The translations under genes were made by a program, and so were the position numbers. The notes under the pieces were generated by a model. That model saw only the letters and a program-made list of their open reading frames with translations. It ran no database searches and was not told the origin of the DNA. Of a stretch of DNA of 64,000 bases, positions 1-12,723 are shown piece after piece; positions within the stretch are counted from its first letter, which is position 1; every line of letters starts with the position of its first letter. Source of the stretch: Podarcis tiliguerta (taxonomy: Eukaryota); the NCBI GenBank assembly GCA_965153285.1, contig OZ229110.1, one strand, 5' to 3'.

Positions 1-1742
1 CTCCACAGCAAGCGCTTCCCCCCTTTGTAAGCCGTTGCGCTGGGCAGGCGCACCATCCCCTCCTTGCCCGGCACCTGGAGTCTAGGGGGGAGAAATTAGC
101 ATTGATATAGNNNNNNNNNNNNNNNNNNNNNNNNNNNNNNNNNNNNNNNNNNNNNNNNNNNNNNNNNNNNNNNNNNNNNNNNNNNNNNNNNNNNNNNNNN
201 NNNNNNNNNNNNNNNNNNNNNNNNNNNNNNNNNNNNNNNNNNNNNNNNNNNNNNNNNNTAATGCTAATAGATGCAGTCACTGGGGAGAGCAGGCGGACTA
301 AAACTAATTCGATGGAACTTCGGTTTTGTCCCTCTCTTGTTTTGCTTTTTTATTTTTATTTTTTTCCCCTCCTTCCCCTCCACCCCCTTCCCTTACTTTA
401 CCAGAATTCAAATCACTTTCAGCATTTTAATTTCTAGGAATGAGCTTGGTAGCAATTACAGAGAACTGGAAAGGTCAATTTATGCTGTTTGGGGATAGGG
501 TGAATCTCGTAGCTTGTCTTTTTCCATGATAGGTAAGCAGCCAGAAATAGGCACCAAATATACTTCTTTTATGCTTTATAAACTAAAATTAGATTGATTG
601 GAGTGAGAGGGTGATAAGGCAGTATTTTTAAAGGGAGGGGCATGATTTTCCCCAGCTGAACAATTCTGGCTCTTGACAAAGGACAGATCCTAACTAGGCC
701 TGCAGAAGCACTGCTTCCTATGTTGGCAGATACCTGGAGTCCTTTGGCTGGATTTGACCTTTTTGTGATCATTGACCAATGTCGTTTCCCACTGAGGGGT
801 GTGGTGGTTAGGGAATCCCTCCATTTGGCTGCATTCCTTATCCCCATCCCACCCCCTCCTGACAAGAAAGTTCACTTCCAAGTAGATGCAAACTGGGCTG
901 CAGATTTATCTCCTTAGTCTTTGCTGGAAAGAATACAAAATCAAGAAATCCAGCCAAGTGGATCTATAGTGAATAAAATAAGAAACAGACTTCCAAAACC
1001 CAAATATTTAGTGATCCCTGTAGTCCAACCTGCCTCCATCTGCAGCCCATCAGATCATCCAGCCCGGCCAGTGACCAAGGATGATGGATGGGTTGTGATC
1101 CAACATATCTGGAGGGCACCAGGAAAGATGCAATCAAATGACATGCCTCGAGACCGTAAAGTGAGCTAGGTGTCATTAGCACTGGCTCCTTCACACATGT
1201 ATGTCCATTAGATGGAGGCATCCAGCAATTTTGACTAGGTAAATGCACCACCACATATCTAACCCTGAGAGCAGGACTTTCTCCTATCACCCAGCGTTGG
1301 GGCCTGGCTATTTTGCAAGGTTAATTACTTACACACACACACACACACACAAAAATCGTTAACCTTAATTTTCAAAAGCAGAGGTCATGTAGAAACGATA
1401 ATATTCATCAAAATATAAAATAAAAGCAAAATATTTCCAAAAATGTATAAGGTCTAACAAAATCTAATCTGCATAAAACTGTGTCCCTCAAAGGCCTGTA
1501 TTGCACCCCTCTGAGGCCTATGCCCTAGGCAGCTGCCAATATGGCCTAATGATGGCAGCAGCCTTGATATCCAGTCCAGTGCCGATCAAGGTTGAGCCAA
1601 ATATAGAGAAGTCAACTTATTTACATGCATGTTTGAAATTGGCCCAATGTTGTGGGCAGGCTTCCAAACAGCACAGCAGAAAGCAGTGGGTGTCATTTGC
1701 TGGCCAAGAGGTCATATATTTGTCCACTCTGTGTATATGCTT

Positions 1743-1987
1743 ATAGAATCATGGACTGATGGAACCGTAGAGCTGCAAGGCCCCGAGGGTCATGTAGCCC
1801 AACCCCTGCAATGTAGGAATCTCAACTAGATAGTACATGACGGATGGCCATCCAGCCTCTGCTTAAAAACCTCCAAGGAAGGAGAGTCCACCACCTCTCA
1901 TGGGAGTCCGCTCCACTGTCGAACAGCTCTTGCTGTGAGAAGGTTCTTCCTGATGTTGAGTCAGAATCTCCTTTCTTGTAATCTGAA
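1743..1987 (-). mobile_element. CR1 LINE 3'-end fragment
   Basis: atagaatcat..gtagagctg..ggtcat..ccaacccc..ccatccagcctctgcttaaaaacctccaaggaaggagagtccaccacc..gttcttcctgatgtt is the reverse complement of a typical CR1 3' end. Confidence 0.75.
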
Positions 1988-2544
1988 GTTCATCAGGCAT
2001 CAAACCAATAGGCCTCAGAGCGATTTACTGCCCAGGACACCACAAAAATTAGTCCCATGAATTTCAGCTGAACCTACTTCCTAATGGGAATCAGCATCAG
2101 TTTCGTCCCCTTCGCAGTAACTGCAGCCGCTAAAACGCTTCTCCACCACGTAGCTCAAACTAATTCTTCCTTCTCCCATAGGCACAAAAGCACCCAGTTT
2201 ACCCGCTTCTGGTCCTCTTTTTGCTGCCCTCTTCCACCGACAACCTCTGGAGGACTCCCCATTTAACCCGACTGTGATGTGGGCTGCTCTGTTTAGCACT
2301 GGAAGAGTCCCTTCTAATTGTAACCTAGTAGCCCACACCATAGAAGAGCAGGAGGTGAAGTCTGGCATTACTTTCTAGGATCCGTAAAGTCCATTCCTGT
2401 TTCATTCAGGGAAGAAAGGGCATTTTGTACTTGAAATAAAGGGGGGAAACTCCTGCCTAGTTATTGGCTAGAGGTGTAATGTCATGCACGTTGCTATTTA
2501 ATTGGACTATTAATGTCTCCCTTTTCCATACCAGTGTCACTTGG

Positions 2545-2550
2545 CTCTCT

Positions 2551-2586
<36 letters not shown>
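2545..2586. repeat. (CT)n(GT)n compound microsatellite
   Basis: Seen directly. Confidence 0.95.
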
Positions 2587-2589
<3 letters not shown>

Positions 2590-3260
2590 GCAAAACAAAC
2601 AGAACTTTGTAGGCTGAGGGAAAGGCCATGAAGATTTAGAGCCACGAAGATCCATTTACATATTAATGCACTCATTTGGAGTTACTCATCAGAAGCTATC
2701 AAATCTTGAGCCTCCAGCGCAGAAGGACTATAGGAAGCACCAGTCACGACTTTGGGAATAGAAAGGTGCCTGAACACTGCAGAACAATAAGCCAAATACA
2801 TTAAGGTGTAGGAGACTCAGCATTACTCCAAAAAGAAAGCCCCTCCCCCAAAAAAGGTAAATTATCATTTCCTTTTTCAATGGCACTTGCTTCGGAGGAT
2901 GCAAGCCTTAACCCCAGTTAGATTACTTGGGGTTTAACTGGCTTGTGAATTGGGTTATTGGAGAACCTTTCCTGTATGCAGTTACACCAGAGAGAGGGAA
3001 AGTGTTGTGTTTTGATGAAAATATGTTCTCTTCCAGACAGAACAGAAGATTTGGCGGAGAGACCGTATAAACTGAAGAAACAACTCAAAGCCTTCAGGCA
3101 GTGATAAAGTGCTCTTAGATTTATTTTTAATCGTCTTAAACTGATGCAGGCTCTCTAGAACTCCGAAATGGGGTGGCCAACTTCACTGGGCCGAGTGTGC
3201 CCAGTGATAAGTTTTAATATGGAACAGTAGCTTATACTAAGCTATAAGCCTTATTCAAGA

Positions 3261-3433
3261 TCATAGGAACATATAACAGACAGTGGCTCATGTAGCTCAG
3301 CACTGCTTACACCGGCTGGCAGCGGCTCCGCAGGCTTTTCCAGACAAGGCGCCATTCCCAACCTTATATGGAGATGCACCCCGGGCCTTATGCATGCAAC
3401 GCAGATGCTCTGCCACCGGAGCCACGACCCTTC
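3261..3433 (-). mobile_element. Degenerate tRNA-derived squamate SINE (Squam3-like)
   Basis: tggagatgc..gcatgcaacgcagatgctctgccacc..gccacgacccttc; parallels the copy at 47464. Confidence 0.55.
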
Positions 3434-4155
3434 GCTGCCACTGTGCGTTAGCAGGCCGCAGGGAAAAAAGCATCAGTGAGCCGGCGAGGGGAGTTTAAAA
3501 GTATCCCTCTCAGACGAGCGATTAAAAGCTTTGCACCGTTTCTAATCGCACGCCGCTGCCAAGGTGCAAAGCAAGAGACTCTGGCTCAGGGGACTAGAGG
3601 TTGGAGTTCCAAGAGACATGGGGAGATCGGGGCGCAGTCAGAGGCGTCTCCTATGCTCTTGTGAACAAAAGAGGCACTTTATGGGCCTGGCTAAAAACCG
3701 CACCTTCGGCTTCCCGCGCTGCAGGTGAGTAAAGCAAGATCAGGGTGGTGTTAAGGATCGCGAATAAATAGCTTGCAGGAAGAGTACTTATGGCTGGAGA
3801 AGCCGACGTGGCACCCTTCGGACGCTGGCGAACTACAATTCCCACCAGCCCAGCCAGCAAGGCTAATGCTCAGGTATCATGGGAGTTGTAGTCCCTTGGT
3901 ATGGCGTCGTTTGAAATAAGGACCACTTGTTGGACTGGTGAAGGGCGAGAGTAGGATTCCCTCTGGCGTTTGGGAGGCAGAAATTAGGAGACATCCAGGA
4001 AGGAGGAAGTGACCCCCCGGCTGGCTGTAAGAGGCCGCCTAACTGAGCAGGAAGGCGGACGGCTTTGTGCCTGACCTCGAAATTCACCGCGCGATAGCGG
4101 GGCTTCAACTCGGCTCTGGAGGCTTCTTTCAGGACCAGGCCTCAGTCTGCAGAAG

Positions 4156-4158
<3 letters not shown>

Positions 4159-4188
<30 letters not shown>
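4159..4188. repeat. (CA)n microsatellite
   Basis: Seen directly. Confidence 0.95.
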
Positions 4189-4189
<1 letters not shown>

Positions 4190-4899
4190 GCCCTGGGCTG
4201 TCGCTTTAGCCGCGAGGAGCTCTTCGGCGCCTCCATTTCCCAATCGGTTCCCCGCAGCGAAATCGGCGCCACTTCGCTTCTGCCGGCGAGAAGGAGCCCC
4301 GATCTCTCTCACGAACTTGCGGCCCGCGAGCGGCTCACTGTGGGCGCGGGGGGCCTGAGCCCGGAGAGGAGAAGCAGCAGCGCCCTTTCCTTCCCGCCTC
4401 CAGGACTCGGCGGGGCCTTTCGCTTGAACTCGGCCTGGTGCTGCGGAGAGAGGGGACCTTCGGGGCTCCTCCAGGCGCCTCCCTTCCCCGTGGCTGGCCT
4501 GCGCCTTCTCTCCACCCCAGCAGGGCCAGGGCCCCGTTGCTGCCTCGGGGAAATGCCCCGCCGCCGCCCACCCCACGGAAGCGAAGGAGGAGCGACTTTT
4601 CGGCCGCCTCTGCTTCCTCCGACGCGCGCAAGAAGGAGCCATGTTGGAGACCAGGCTCTCCGCGCTCCGAGACTTTCCTCGGCGGCTTGCTCCGCGCGTG
4701 GTAACTTTTGGAAGCCCTCCTCGCTCTCGCCCGAGCACTCTATATGTTAATGGGCAAACTTTGGGGAGGGGGGGCGATTTAAGGAGGCTGTGACAAGGGA
4801 TCATTTGCCCTGTCAGCGGCTGGCCTCGCTGGCCTGAGCTCTCCTGCACAACGTGCCCGCTCCGCTCTGGGCTGTCAGCGAACAGCTTGCCAGCCACGC

Positions 4900-5160
4900 T
4901 GCCTCTTCTCCTCTTATGGCACGGAAATGACAAACGCGCCGTTTTTATCCATACAATTTGTTTCATTATTGTTGCCAGCACGAAGCATCACAATCAATCA
5001 TAAGGAAGCCCAGTTGGCAGGTGTCAATCTTGGTCTGTTTTTGTACGTCTCAGTCTATATTTAATCCAATTACAAGGGTCAGGGAGTAAGTGCAAATCCC
5101 CTTGTTACAACTCACATCTTATTCAAGATTTAAAGTAAAAAAGTCAACTGGATCACATGG
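4900..5160. promoter_or_regulatory. PAX6 upstream pancreas (endocrine) enhancer homolog
   Basis: CATTATTGTTGCCAGCACGAAGCATCACAATCAATCATAAGGAAG..GGCAGGTGTCAATCTTG recognised from the mouse element; Pbx-type ATCAATCA 4993-5000 and TALE-type TGTCAATC 5022-5029. Confidence 0.75.
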
Positions 5161-5257
5161 GCGCTTTGGGGAAGCTCGGATACGCTTGTGGAGGGCGGGG
5201 ATCCTGGACACCCCCACTTTTTCTTTCAATGTGCTTCCTTTGTGCAGCAAGAGCTGC

Positions 5258-5305
<48 letters not shown>
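5258..5305. repeat. (TAT)16 microsatellite between the pancreas and ectoderm enhancers
   Basis: Seen directly. Confidence 0.97.
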
Positions 5306-5306
<1 letters not shown>

Positions 5307-5364
5307 CTTATCGAGGGTCGAGGTGGCGTCTTCTGTCTTTTTTTATTTTTTTATTTTTTAAAAA

Positions 5365-5590
5365 AGGGAGTGTTTGTGTGCAAATGAAGTATCTTGTTAT
5401 TTCGCTAAAGGAGAGGAGAAGCTTTAATGATGGGAGATCTTTCCGCTCGTTGCCCTTTCAAATACAATTGTAGATCGAACTCAGCCTTGTCACGTCGAGG
5501 AAAAGTGAATTTCTAACATCCAGGACGTGCCTGTCGACTTTCAGCGAGCTGCATCCAATCACCCCCAGGGAATTCAGCTAATGTCTCAGT
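5365..5590. promoter_or_regulatory. PAX6 head surface ectoderm/lens enhancer (EE) homolog
   Basis: TTTAATGATG..AGATCTTTCCGCTC..CAAATACAATTGTAGATCGAA..CCTTGTCA..GTGAATTTCTAACATCCAGGACGTGCCTGTC recognised from the mouse EE; Sox-type ACAAT 5464-68, Meis TGTCA 5488-92. Confidence 0.85.
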
Positions 5591-5993
5591 CGGGGGAGAA
5601 AAAAGGAAAGGGGGGGGGAGCTTGGGGATGAGGGGCAGAAAAACAAATCAAACAACATTGGCCAGCATCACGCTTATTATGAAAATGTTTTAGAGGGGGG
5701 AAGTGGGGGGGGGGGAATAATACAAGACAAGCCGGGATCATGTTGGAGCCAAATTAATACCATTAAGAATCCTGAAGGGGGCAGGGGAGAGGGAAGGAAA
5801 ACCCAGCTTATGGGAGTCGGATTCATCTCCCCCTCCCCCATATTATTTTCCTTACCTTCCCCTCCTCAGACTATCTTAAATTAAGGCTGTACTTTTACTT
5901 CTGAACTCCGTTAGGATCGCACTATGCCTCTTAGGAACTTTTTTTCCCTTTCTTCTTTTCAAACCTAACACGGAATTTCCCAGGATCTATCTA

Positions 5994-6060
5994 CCTTCCT
6001 TCCTTCCTTCCTTCCTTCCTTCCTTCCTTCCTTCCTTCCTTCCTTCCTTCCTTCCTTCCC
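5994..6060. repeat. (CCTT)n microsatellite
   Basis: Seen directly. Confidence 0.97.
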
Positions 6061-9000
6061 TAGGAGCGCCTGACAAACTAGAGAGGGAAAGTCAGGGAGC
6101 TGCAAACCTTCCGTCCTTGTCAGAATGACAGCGTTGCGTGTAACTTTTGGATCTTTCTGTTCTGCAAAACTTGGGCGCAATGGCACAAGCCTTCTGGCAA
6201 TGTTTGAGATTCTGCCTATAGCTCGCTACAGTCGAAGCCCCCTGAAAAATCTCGCCTCCCGACTGGAAAGTCTGGCCATCCAATTCCAAGGGGGTTGCTT
6301 TCATTTGCAGAGGGAACCAACCTGGGCATGTTTACTCAGAAGCCAGTCCCAATAAGTTCAACGGGACATGCTCCCCAGGAAAGGTGCCTGTTAGACCTTG
6401 CAGCCTTTTTTACCGCCTGATCTGCAAAACATTATTTGAGAGCCGGTCCGGCAGATATCAAAGGGGCTGGACTTGCCTTCCCATCATGCGTTGAGGACAG
6501 GGGTGTCGGGCAATACTGTGATTTGCAAGTACTGAAAAATGCTAGGCGATGTTTTCGGAAGGTATGAGGAGGGAGAGCTGGTTAACAAGGTATCATGAGA
6601 CCCAGGAAGAGAATTATTTCTCAACTTGCCTAGCCAGGCTTGCCGCCGGATTCTTGATGTCACCTAGACCTCCCTGACCAGGTGCAGTCAAGGAGGGCTT
6701 TTGTTATCGATTTGAATCCGAGCTGGATCCCACGTCAACACGGGCAAGCCCACCTAGGCATGATCTGTCCGATGACAACCCATTTCTCTTGTTGCAGACA
6801 CAGCTTTGCTTTACATCGGTTTAAATCATCCTAAAAGTTAGCCTGAAAGGCAGGTAGGCAGGTAGGTAAGGGACAGATAAAAAACAACAACAAGACATCC
6901 ATCTCTGAAATGGAAATGTGTGCGAGAAAAACTAAAGACCAGGAGACAGCAGGGAGGGGGTTTGAGGTGTCCCCCCCCCGATGTTCTGAAATCAAAGTCC
7001 AAGGAGACCCAAGGAAAAGCATTTACTAAGTAATCGACTTATTTGAAAAAAAACACATACCTTGAGCAAGGGCACCAGATCCCTTCTACGGAAGCATTTC
7101 CCCCTTTTGCCTTCGATTCAAGCCACTTTTCTGCTCGTAAGATTTTCCCCTCCTCTGTGAAATTTAGGTTCGTCCCTGGCTTGTTTTATTTAATTTTTTT
7201 TCCTCCCCCTCTTTTTTTTTAATAAAAAAAAACAATAAACACCCTTTTCTAGCAGCTAGTCCTTCTCGGACCTTATTTTGCCGTCTGTGCGATGCCACAG
7301 TAAACAAATTGTTCTGATGTGCTTATTATTATTGCTCAAGTTCTGCTTGGGTAGAGAATTAAACCTCATTATTACAGCGCGCGTGTGTGTGTCCGTGTGT
7401 GTGTGTCTGTGTGTGTGGGTTGCGAATTGCTCCATCTAAGCGAACACACGGGGGTTTGGGGCATCCTTGTAGAGAGAGAGAGAGAGAAAGAGAGAGAGGC
7501 TTCCTATCGCTGTGTAAATCAAATATGTATAATGCTTATAAATTTGTAACACATTATTGTTGCCTCTTGCCTGCATCCCATTCAAAGTGGCTTCACAGCC
7601 TTCGAGCCTCCTGCCCATCAGAAAGGCTGAGCGGCAAAACGCCTCCATTGAAGGCAGGGCTCCGCTCCTTGCCAGCTCAGCGCCCTCATTAGCGCCTTAT
7701 CTACCTCGACGGCATGTTAATTTCCCCTTAATGTTACTCTGAGAGAGAAAAGGGAAGTTCCCGTCCGCGTTTACACGGCGCCAGCTTTTTAGATCCTTGG
7801 AGGACGATTCCAGCACGTCGAAAGACCTGCGAAGCGGGGAGATCTCTCTCTCTCTACACAAACACACGTATTCCAGACCCAAACATTACCAGTTCAGGTG
7901 ATGTTTATGCTCACTTTGAAGTTTGTGGGATTTCTTCCTCTCTTTCCCGAATAAGTTAGGAAATGATGACGGGGATTTCAGATCTCTCTCCCTCTCTCAA
8001 AAAACACACACCTCTTAGACACAGATGCACCTCTTTGTTTACTCCTGTTTTAATTTAGAAGGGGCTTAAGGGGCTACCCAACAGGAGCCTGGAGGGAACG
8101 GAGGGGAGGGGGTGGCAGAGGGTCTCCTCCCAAAGCCATGTCACTCCACGCCGCAGAGATGCGGAGTGACTGAGATTATGCTCGCCTGAAAATTTGTTCG
8201 AGGGAGGAAAGAGCGAGGAAAAGGCAAGCGTGTAATTAAACTGCCATCTGATCCGATGGAGGTGGCTGCGCTGTCCGAAAGATCGGGGGGGGGGGGTGGC
8301 TTTTCGCGCGCGCGCCCCAGCCCAGCATCCAGATCGTGCCTACCAACTGGTTTCCCTTTTCCAATCCGGATCGGATCCGGATCATCAAGCCACGCTGCGG
8401 CGTTTATCACCCGGTGTGTGTGCGCGCTTGTGTGTCCTGACTGCCTTTTTCTGTTTAATTCTCTCTCTCTCATACACACACACACACTCGCCGCCCCCGG
8501 AGCTCGGAAGGCAACCCGGGCAACACTCGGGCGTTGGCCGGGGGACTGTTTGTCTGCTCGCTCCGAAGGCCTGGCCAAGCAGACTTGGCTTCACGCCTGA
8601 TCAGTTTCTGAAGAGCCGCGCCGGTTGGAGAGAAGGCAAGGCAGCACCTGGCCCTGCTTTTCGGAGCCATCTCCTTTTATTGACAGCCAGATAAGCAGGC
8701 GGGAGCCGTGGCGTTTCCAGCGCTTCCTTGGAGAACCCTGCTGGGTTGCAGGGAGCCCGGCTCCCTTAATGGCAGCAACTCCAAACAATCAGGCAAACAC
8801 ACTTTCTCGCCTGACAAGCCCTTGGCCACGGCTCCCTCCCTCCGTCCCTCCCTCCCTGCCTGCCTGCCTGCGTCGGCTCAAGAGACAGGGAGGCGGCGGC
8901 GGCGGCGCTGCTCCTCCTAGGCCAACCTGACCTGCCGCAGGGCCGTCGGGGAGAGCCTTGGCTTTCTGGGGGGGAGGAGGAGAGGAGGCAGGAATAAGAG

Positions 9001-9397
9001 GCAGGGAGCGGGTCATGGGGGGTGAGAAGGGAAGAAGATGCAGGACCTTCCTCCTAACCCCCTCCCCACCCCACAGCGCGCAAAGCCAAGCGGGCCAGAG
9101 CAGCCTGCCCAGAGGACGCTCTGTCTCCACTCTTACTCGGGAACATCTCTCTCTTCGACGAATTGAACTCCACTGAGACCCGCAGGCGTTTCCACGTGCG
9201 CGCCTTTGGAAGACTGGGGAGGTTCAGGCGGTTCCCCTTAGTCCCCAGAAGGGCTTCGTGGGCCTTTGTCCTAACTATAGGATCGCCCTCTTAGCCTGAT
9301 CCCGAAACAGAGGCGCCACTACCAGGCTGGCCTTCCGTGCGCCTTACGGGTTGGCTTTCTATTCGGCCGCATTTGCCTTGAAGCTGCAGCCTGGTTT

Positions 9398-9459
9398 AGC
9401 ATTGCAGGGGTTTGGACTAGACGACCCTTGGGGCCTCTTCCAACTCTACAATTCTATGA
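9398..9459 (+). mobile_element. Short CR1 3' terminus
   Basis: ggactaga..accc..cttccaactctacaattctatga; complementary to the end of the copy at 1743. Confidence 0.65.
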
Positions 9460-12144
9460 GCGTGCACCTACACCGGTCCTAAATCGAAGCGCATTCATCA
9501 AATGAACTTTCGCCCAACCCACACGCGAACTTCCTTCCGGTCCCAACAAGATCGAGATGTTCAAGGGTCCTTCTCCCAGCAATATGTGATCAACCCGGGA
9601 TGCGAGGGGTTGATCCTGGCGGCCCATGGGCTGCCTGTACCACTGAGCCCAGCCTCCACGCCGGCCTTTATACTAGGACAGAAACCCCCACCAGCTCGGC
9701 AGGATTGACTCCCAAACAAAGATTCTTAGGATGGCACCTTCCACCAGCCGCCGCAGCCCAAAGACCACGAGTGAAAAGGTGCATTGGGCATCACAGGGCG
9801 CAGGCAGGAAGGCCTAAGGGTTCGCCGCTGGCCAATTCGAAATCCCCCTGCAGCTGCGATCCGATTCTGAAGCGCATTGCATTCGGAACAGATTGCTGGT
9901 GCTTTGGCTGGATCGGCTGCCTGTCCTTTCTTCATTCCTTTTTCTGCTCTGGAAATCTTTACGTAACATTGGGGGATAGACTTCCTTATAAGGAACCCGA
10001 CTAATCCCTAACAGAAAACCCCAAAGGAGTGTCACAAAGCTCTGAAGCAGTTTAGAGCGTCAGGCATAAGTTCTAGGTCAGGGGTGGGTGGGTGGGTGCG
10101 CGCTCATATACATGCACACACACTCACACGTATGCATATATGTATACGCACCAGGGAGCTCAACGAAGCTGGGGGGTGCGGGTGGTAGACAGCCCTCCCT
10201 CGCCTCGCCTGTTAGATCAAGATCTGGTTTGCATCCCGATCCTCCATTTATTCATTCAGAAGTTAAATGGGTTTTAGCGGGACTTGTTCCTGGGTAAGTG
10301 TGCTGGGGATCGCAGCCGTAAGTGTACCAACAGGGAGACGATCCCTAAGAAGGAGAAGTGGGGAGCAACGCAGCTACTGGAAACAATGTAGAAAGAGAAG
10401 CTATCCTTTCTCGGCGGTGGGCGGTCTCCCCGACGGGTATTTCTAGATGTGTGGGTGCATCAAGGACGACTTATTCCCCACGCCTCCCTTTTCAGGGATC
10501 CGCCGCAAACAAAGCCCAGAGAAACCTTTGCCAGCTCCCGAGAGACCGACGCGCGGTTCAATCAAAGCTACAGCGACTTTCGGGCGTGCGCGCTTCTTTC
10601 CTGACAAACAAAAGTATTCACTCCGACAAGTGTGTTCCCCCACCCCACCCGTCCTGGTGTTTTTGCCTTTAAGGGGACAGGATGAAGGTGTCGAGGGGAA
10701 ACCCACAAGTGTGCGTGGGGGGGGGGGTGTTACTATGCGACTAAAACTATTCTGATCCTCCCCCCGTAATCCCAGACCACGTTACCTGCTTGACGTTGCC
10801 TGCAGAGAGAATTCTGCCCCGGTTTCAAAGGAAAGAAGATCTCCACCGTTTTCCCCATAACTTAAATCTCGTGGGTTTCTTCGGAACATAACTCACCTTC
10901 CCAACCCCAATTGTTTACTCAGGAGAACTATCCAGTGGATTGTGTCCTCAAAAGTGTGAGCAGGGGGTAGCTTCCCTGCCCTTCAGAAAACATTGCTGGG
11001 CGACGGAACACTATTAGCTGCCTAGATAAAACTTCGTTTTCTCCAGAACTTTGAGGGAAATGGGACATGTTCGGTGTGGTTGTAAGAAAGGGGCCTTAAA
11101 GCCAGATGTTGATGATTATTCTAACACCACCCTCTGGGCCAAAAAAGTACGATGCGGCCTGGTCTCTGTGTAAAGGTTGTGTCAGCCCCTCTGAAATGAA
11201 AAGCAGCGCTATGGTCTTCTAGGTCCCATTCATTTCTGTGGGAAGGAGAGATGAGCGAGGGCGCCATTCTTCCATTGAAATAAGCGGCACTTAACTTGGG
11301 GCTTAACTTTAAAACGAACGCCCTTCGTTTTAAAAATTGATTAGAGAAAGGTGGGGAGGGGAGAAGAGAGAGATAGAAAGGATCCGCTGGTCCTCTTTTG
11401 AATCGCGGTTGGAAGAAAACCTCCACAAAATATCAACTCACCTCTCACACCTCGGTGTTTGAGGTGTTCAGTGATTCGAAGTGAAAGTCCTTGCGCAGTT
11501 TGAATTTCTCTTCCAATTTATTTTAATGATCGACTTTTAATAACTGGACAGCTTTACACAGTTATAAAATAAAATAAAATTTAGATCCAGACCCCTCTGA
11601 AGGCAGCATCGGTTGCTTGGGTGCGAATATACAGTATAAGCCTCGTCTTCGCCAGTGCTACAACCCAGTAGCCATCCAAAAGTACAAATTGGATTTTCCC
11701 CCTGACTGGAGCCCTTCCATAAACAGAAACCTAGGAACCAAGTGATAAAGGTTGATTTTATTGATAACTGAGCCGTGGGCAGAGTGGGGGTTTTGTGTGT
11801 GTGATCTGGAGCCTCAGGTAGAAAGACCCAGGCTTCGACTTTGGACGGTCACTGAGAGTCGGCGGCTCTGCTGCACCTGGTAGCTCTTCTCCAGAACTTC
11901 ACACACACACACAAAAGTCCAGGGACATCTCTGCGTCCGCCGTGCCGAAGATGCTGCGTCATAATTAAACCTGCGGATTTTCCTGTATACACAGAAGGAA
12001 AGAAAAAGGAGAAAAGATCTTCCTTTTGTGCGGGTGAAAGACCGGGGGGAAGGGAAGGGCAGTCGTAGTATGAGGATCCAAGAGGAAGACAAAGGCAAAA
12101 GAACACTCAGAATCACAAATCATCGCTGTGATGTTTTTTTAAAG

Positions 12145-12145
<1 letters not shown>

Positions 12146-12184
<39 letters not shown>
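12146..12184. repeat. (ATT)13 microsatellite upstream of P0
   Basis: Seen directly. Confidence 0.97.
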
Positions 12185-12429
12185 GCAAGGGCCGTCCTCT
12201 GGACAACACTCCACAGACCACATATTATGGTAGAGTCGCTTCTATGGATCAGCCAGGAGGACCTTGTTTGGTAGTGGGATCTGACTATAATGAAACATAT
12301 TTCTTTTTCCTTTTTGGATGGATGGATAGAGGTAGGCAGGCAGGCAGGAGCGAACAAGCCAGCATGGCTGGCCCACGTCCACGTGCGCCTCGCCTCTCAG
12401 CCCCTCCAATGGTCACGGGAAGGTGAATT

Positions 12430-12577
12430 ATCTCCCGGCCCCGGTGAGCTTCTTGTTGTCTAAAATTTCTTATGAGCTCAGCTCTAACTACTGTCCGCCG
12501 TGACGTCACCGGGGCAGCCCAGCCAATGGGAGAGGCGCTGGCGCTGATATTAAGGGAAAGTTAGTGCAAAGCCAGGC
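12430..12577 (+). promoter_or_regulatory. PAX6: PAX6 P0 promoter
   Basis: Palindromic CRE TGACGTCA 12501-12508, CCAAT 12523-12527, TATA-like ATATTAA 12547-12553, directly upstream of exon-0-like sequence. Confidence 0.85.
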
Positions 12578-12723
12578 ACCCTCTTTTTTATTGTCGTTGA
12601 CATTTAAACTGTGTGGCAGATTCTTATGTAGAAATTGGCGATCAAACCTGCCAGTTACCGACTCTCAGAGGCGCAATTGGGAACTCGCGGATCATGAGCC
12701 TCTGCCTGCCCTCTCTCTAACAG
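12578..12723 (+). other. PAX6: PAX6 non-coding exon 0 (start approximate)
   Basis: ACCCTCTTTT..TTGACATTTAAACT resembles the mammalian exon 0 start; donor CAG/gtaaac at 12723/12724. Confidence 0.75.

Noticed and set aside
4067-4981. Long overlapping ORFs (227 aa +, 279 aa -)
   Set aside because: By-product of a GC-rich CpG island and a CA repeat; no recognisable domain.
5090-5473. Poly-Tyr/Ile/Ser/Leu ORFs (also 12028-12426, 40649-41006)
   Set aside because: Translations of trinucleotide microsatellites.
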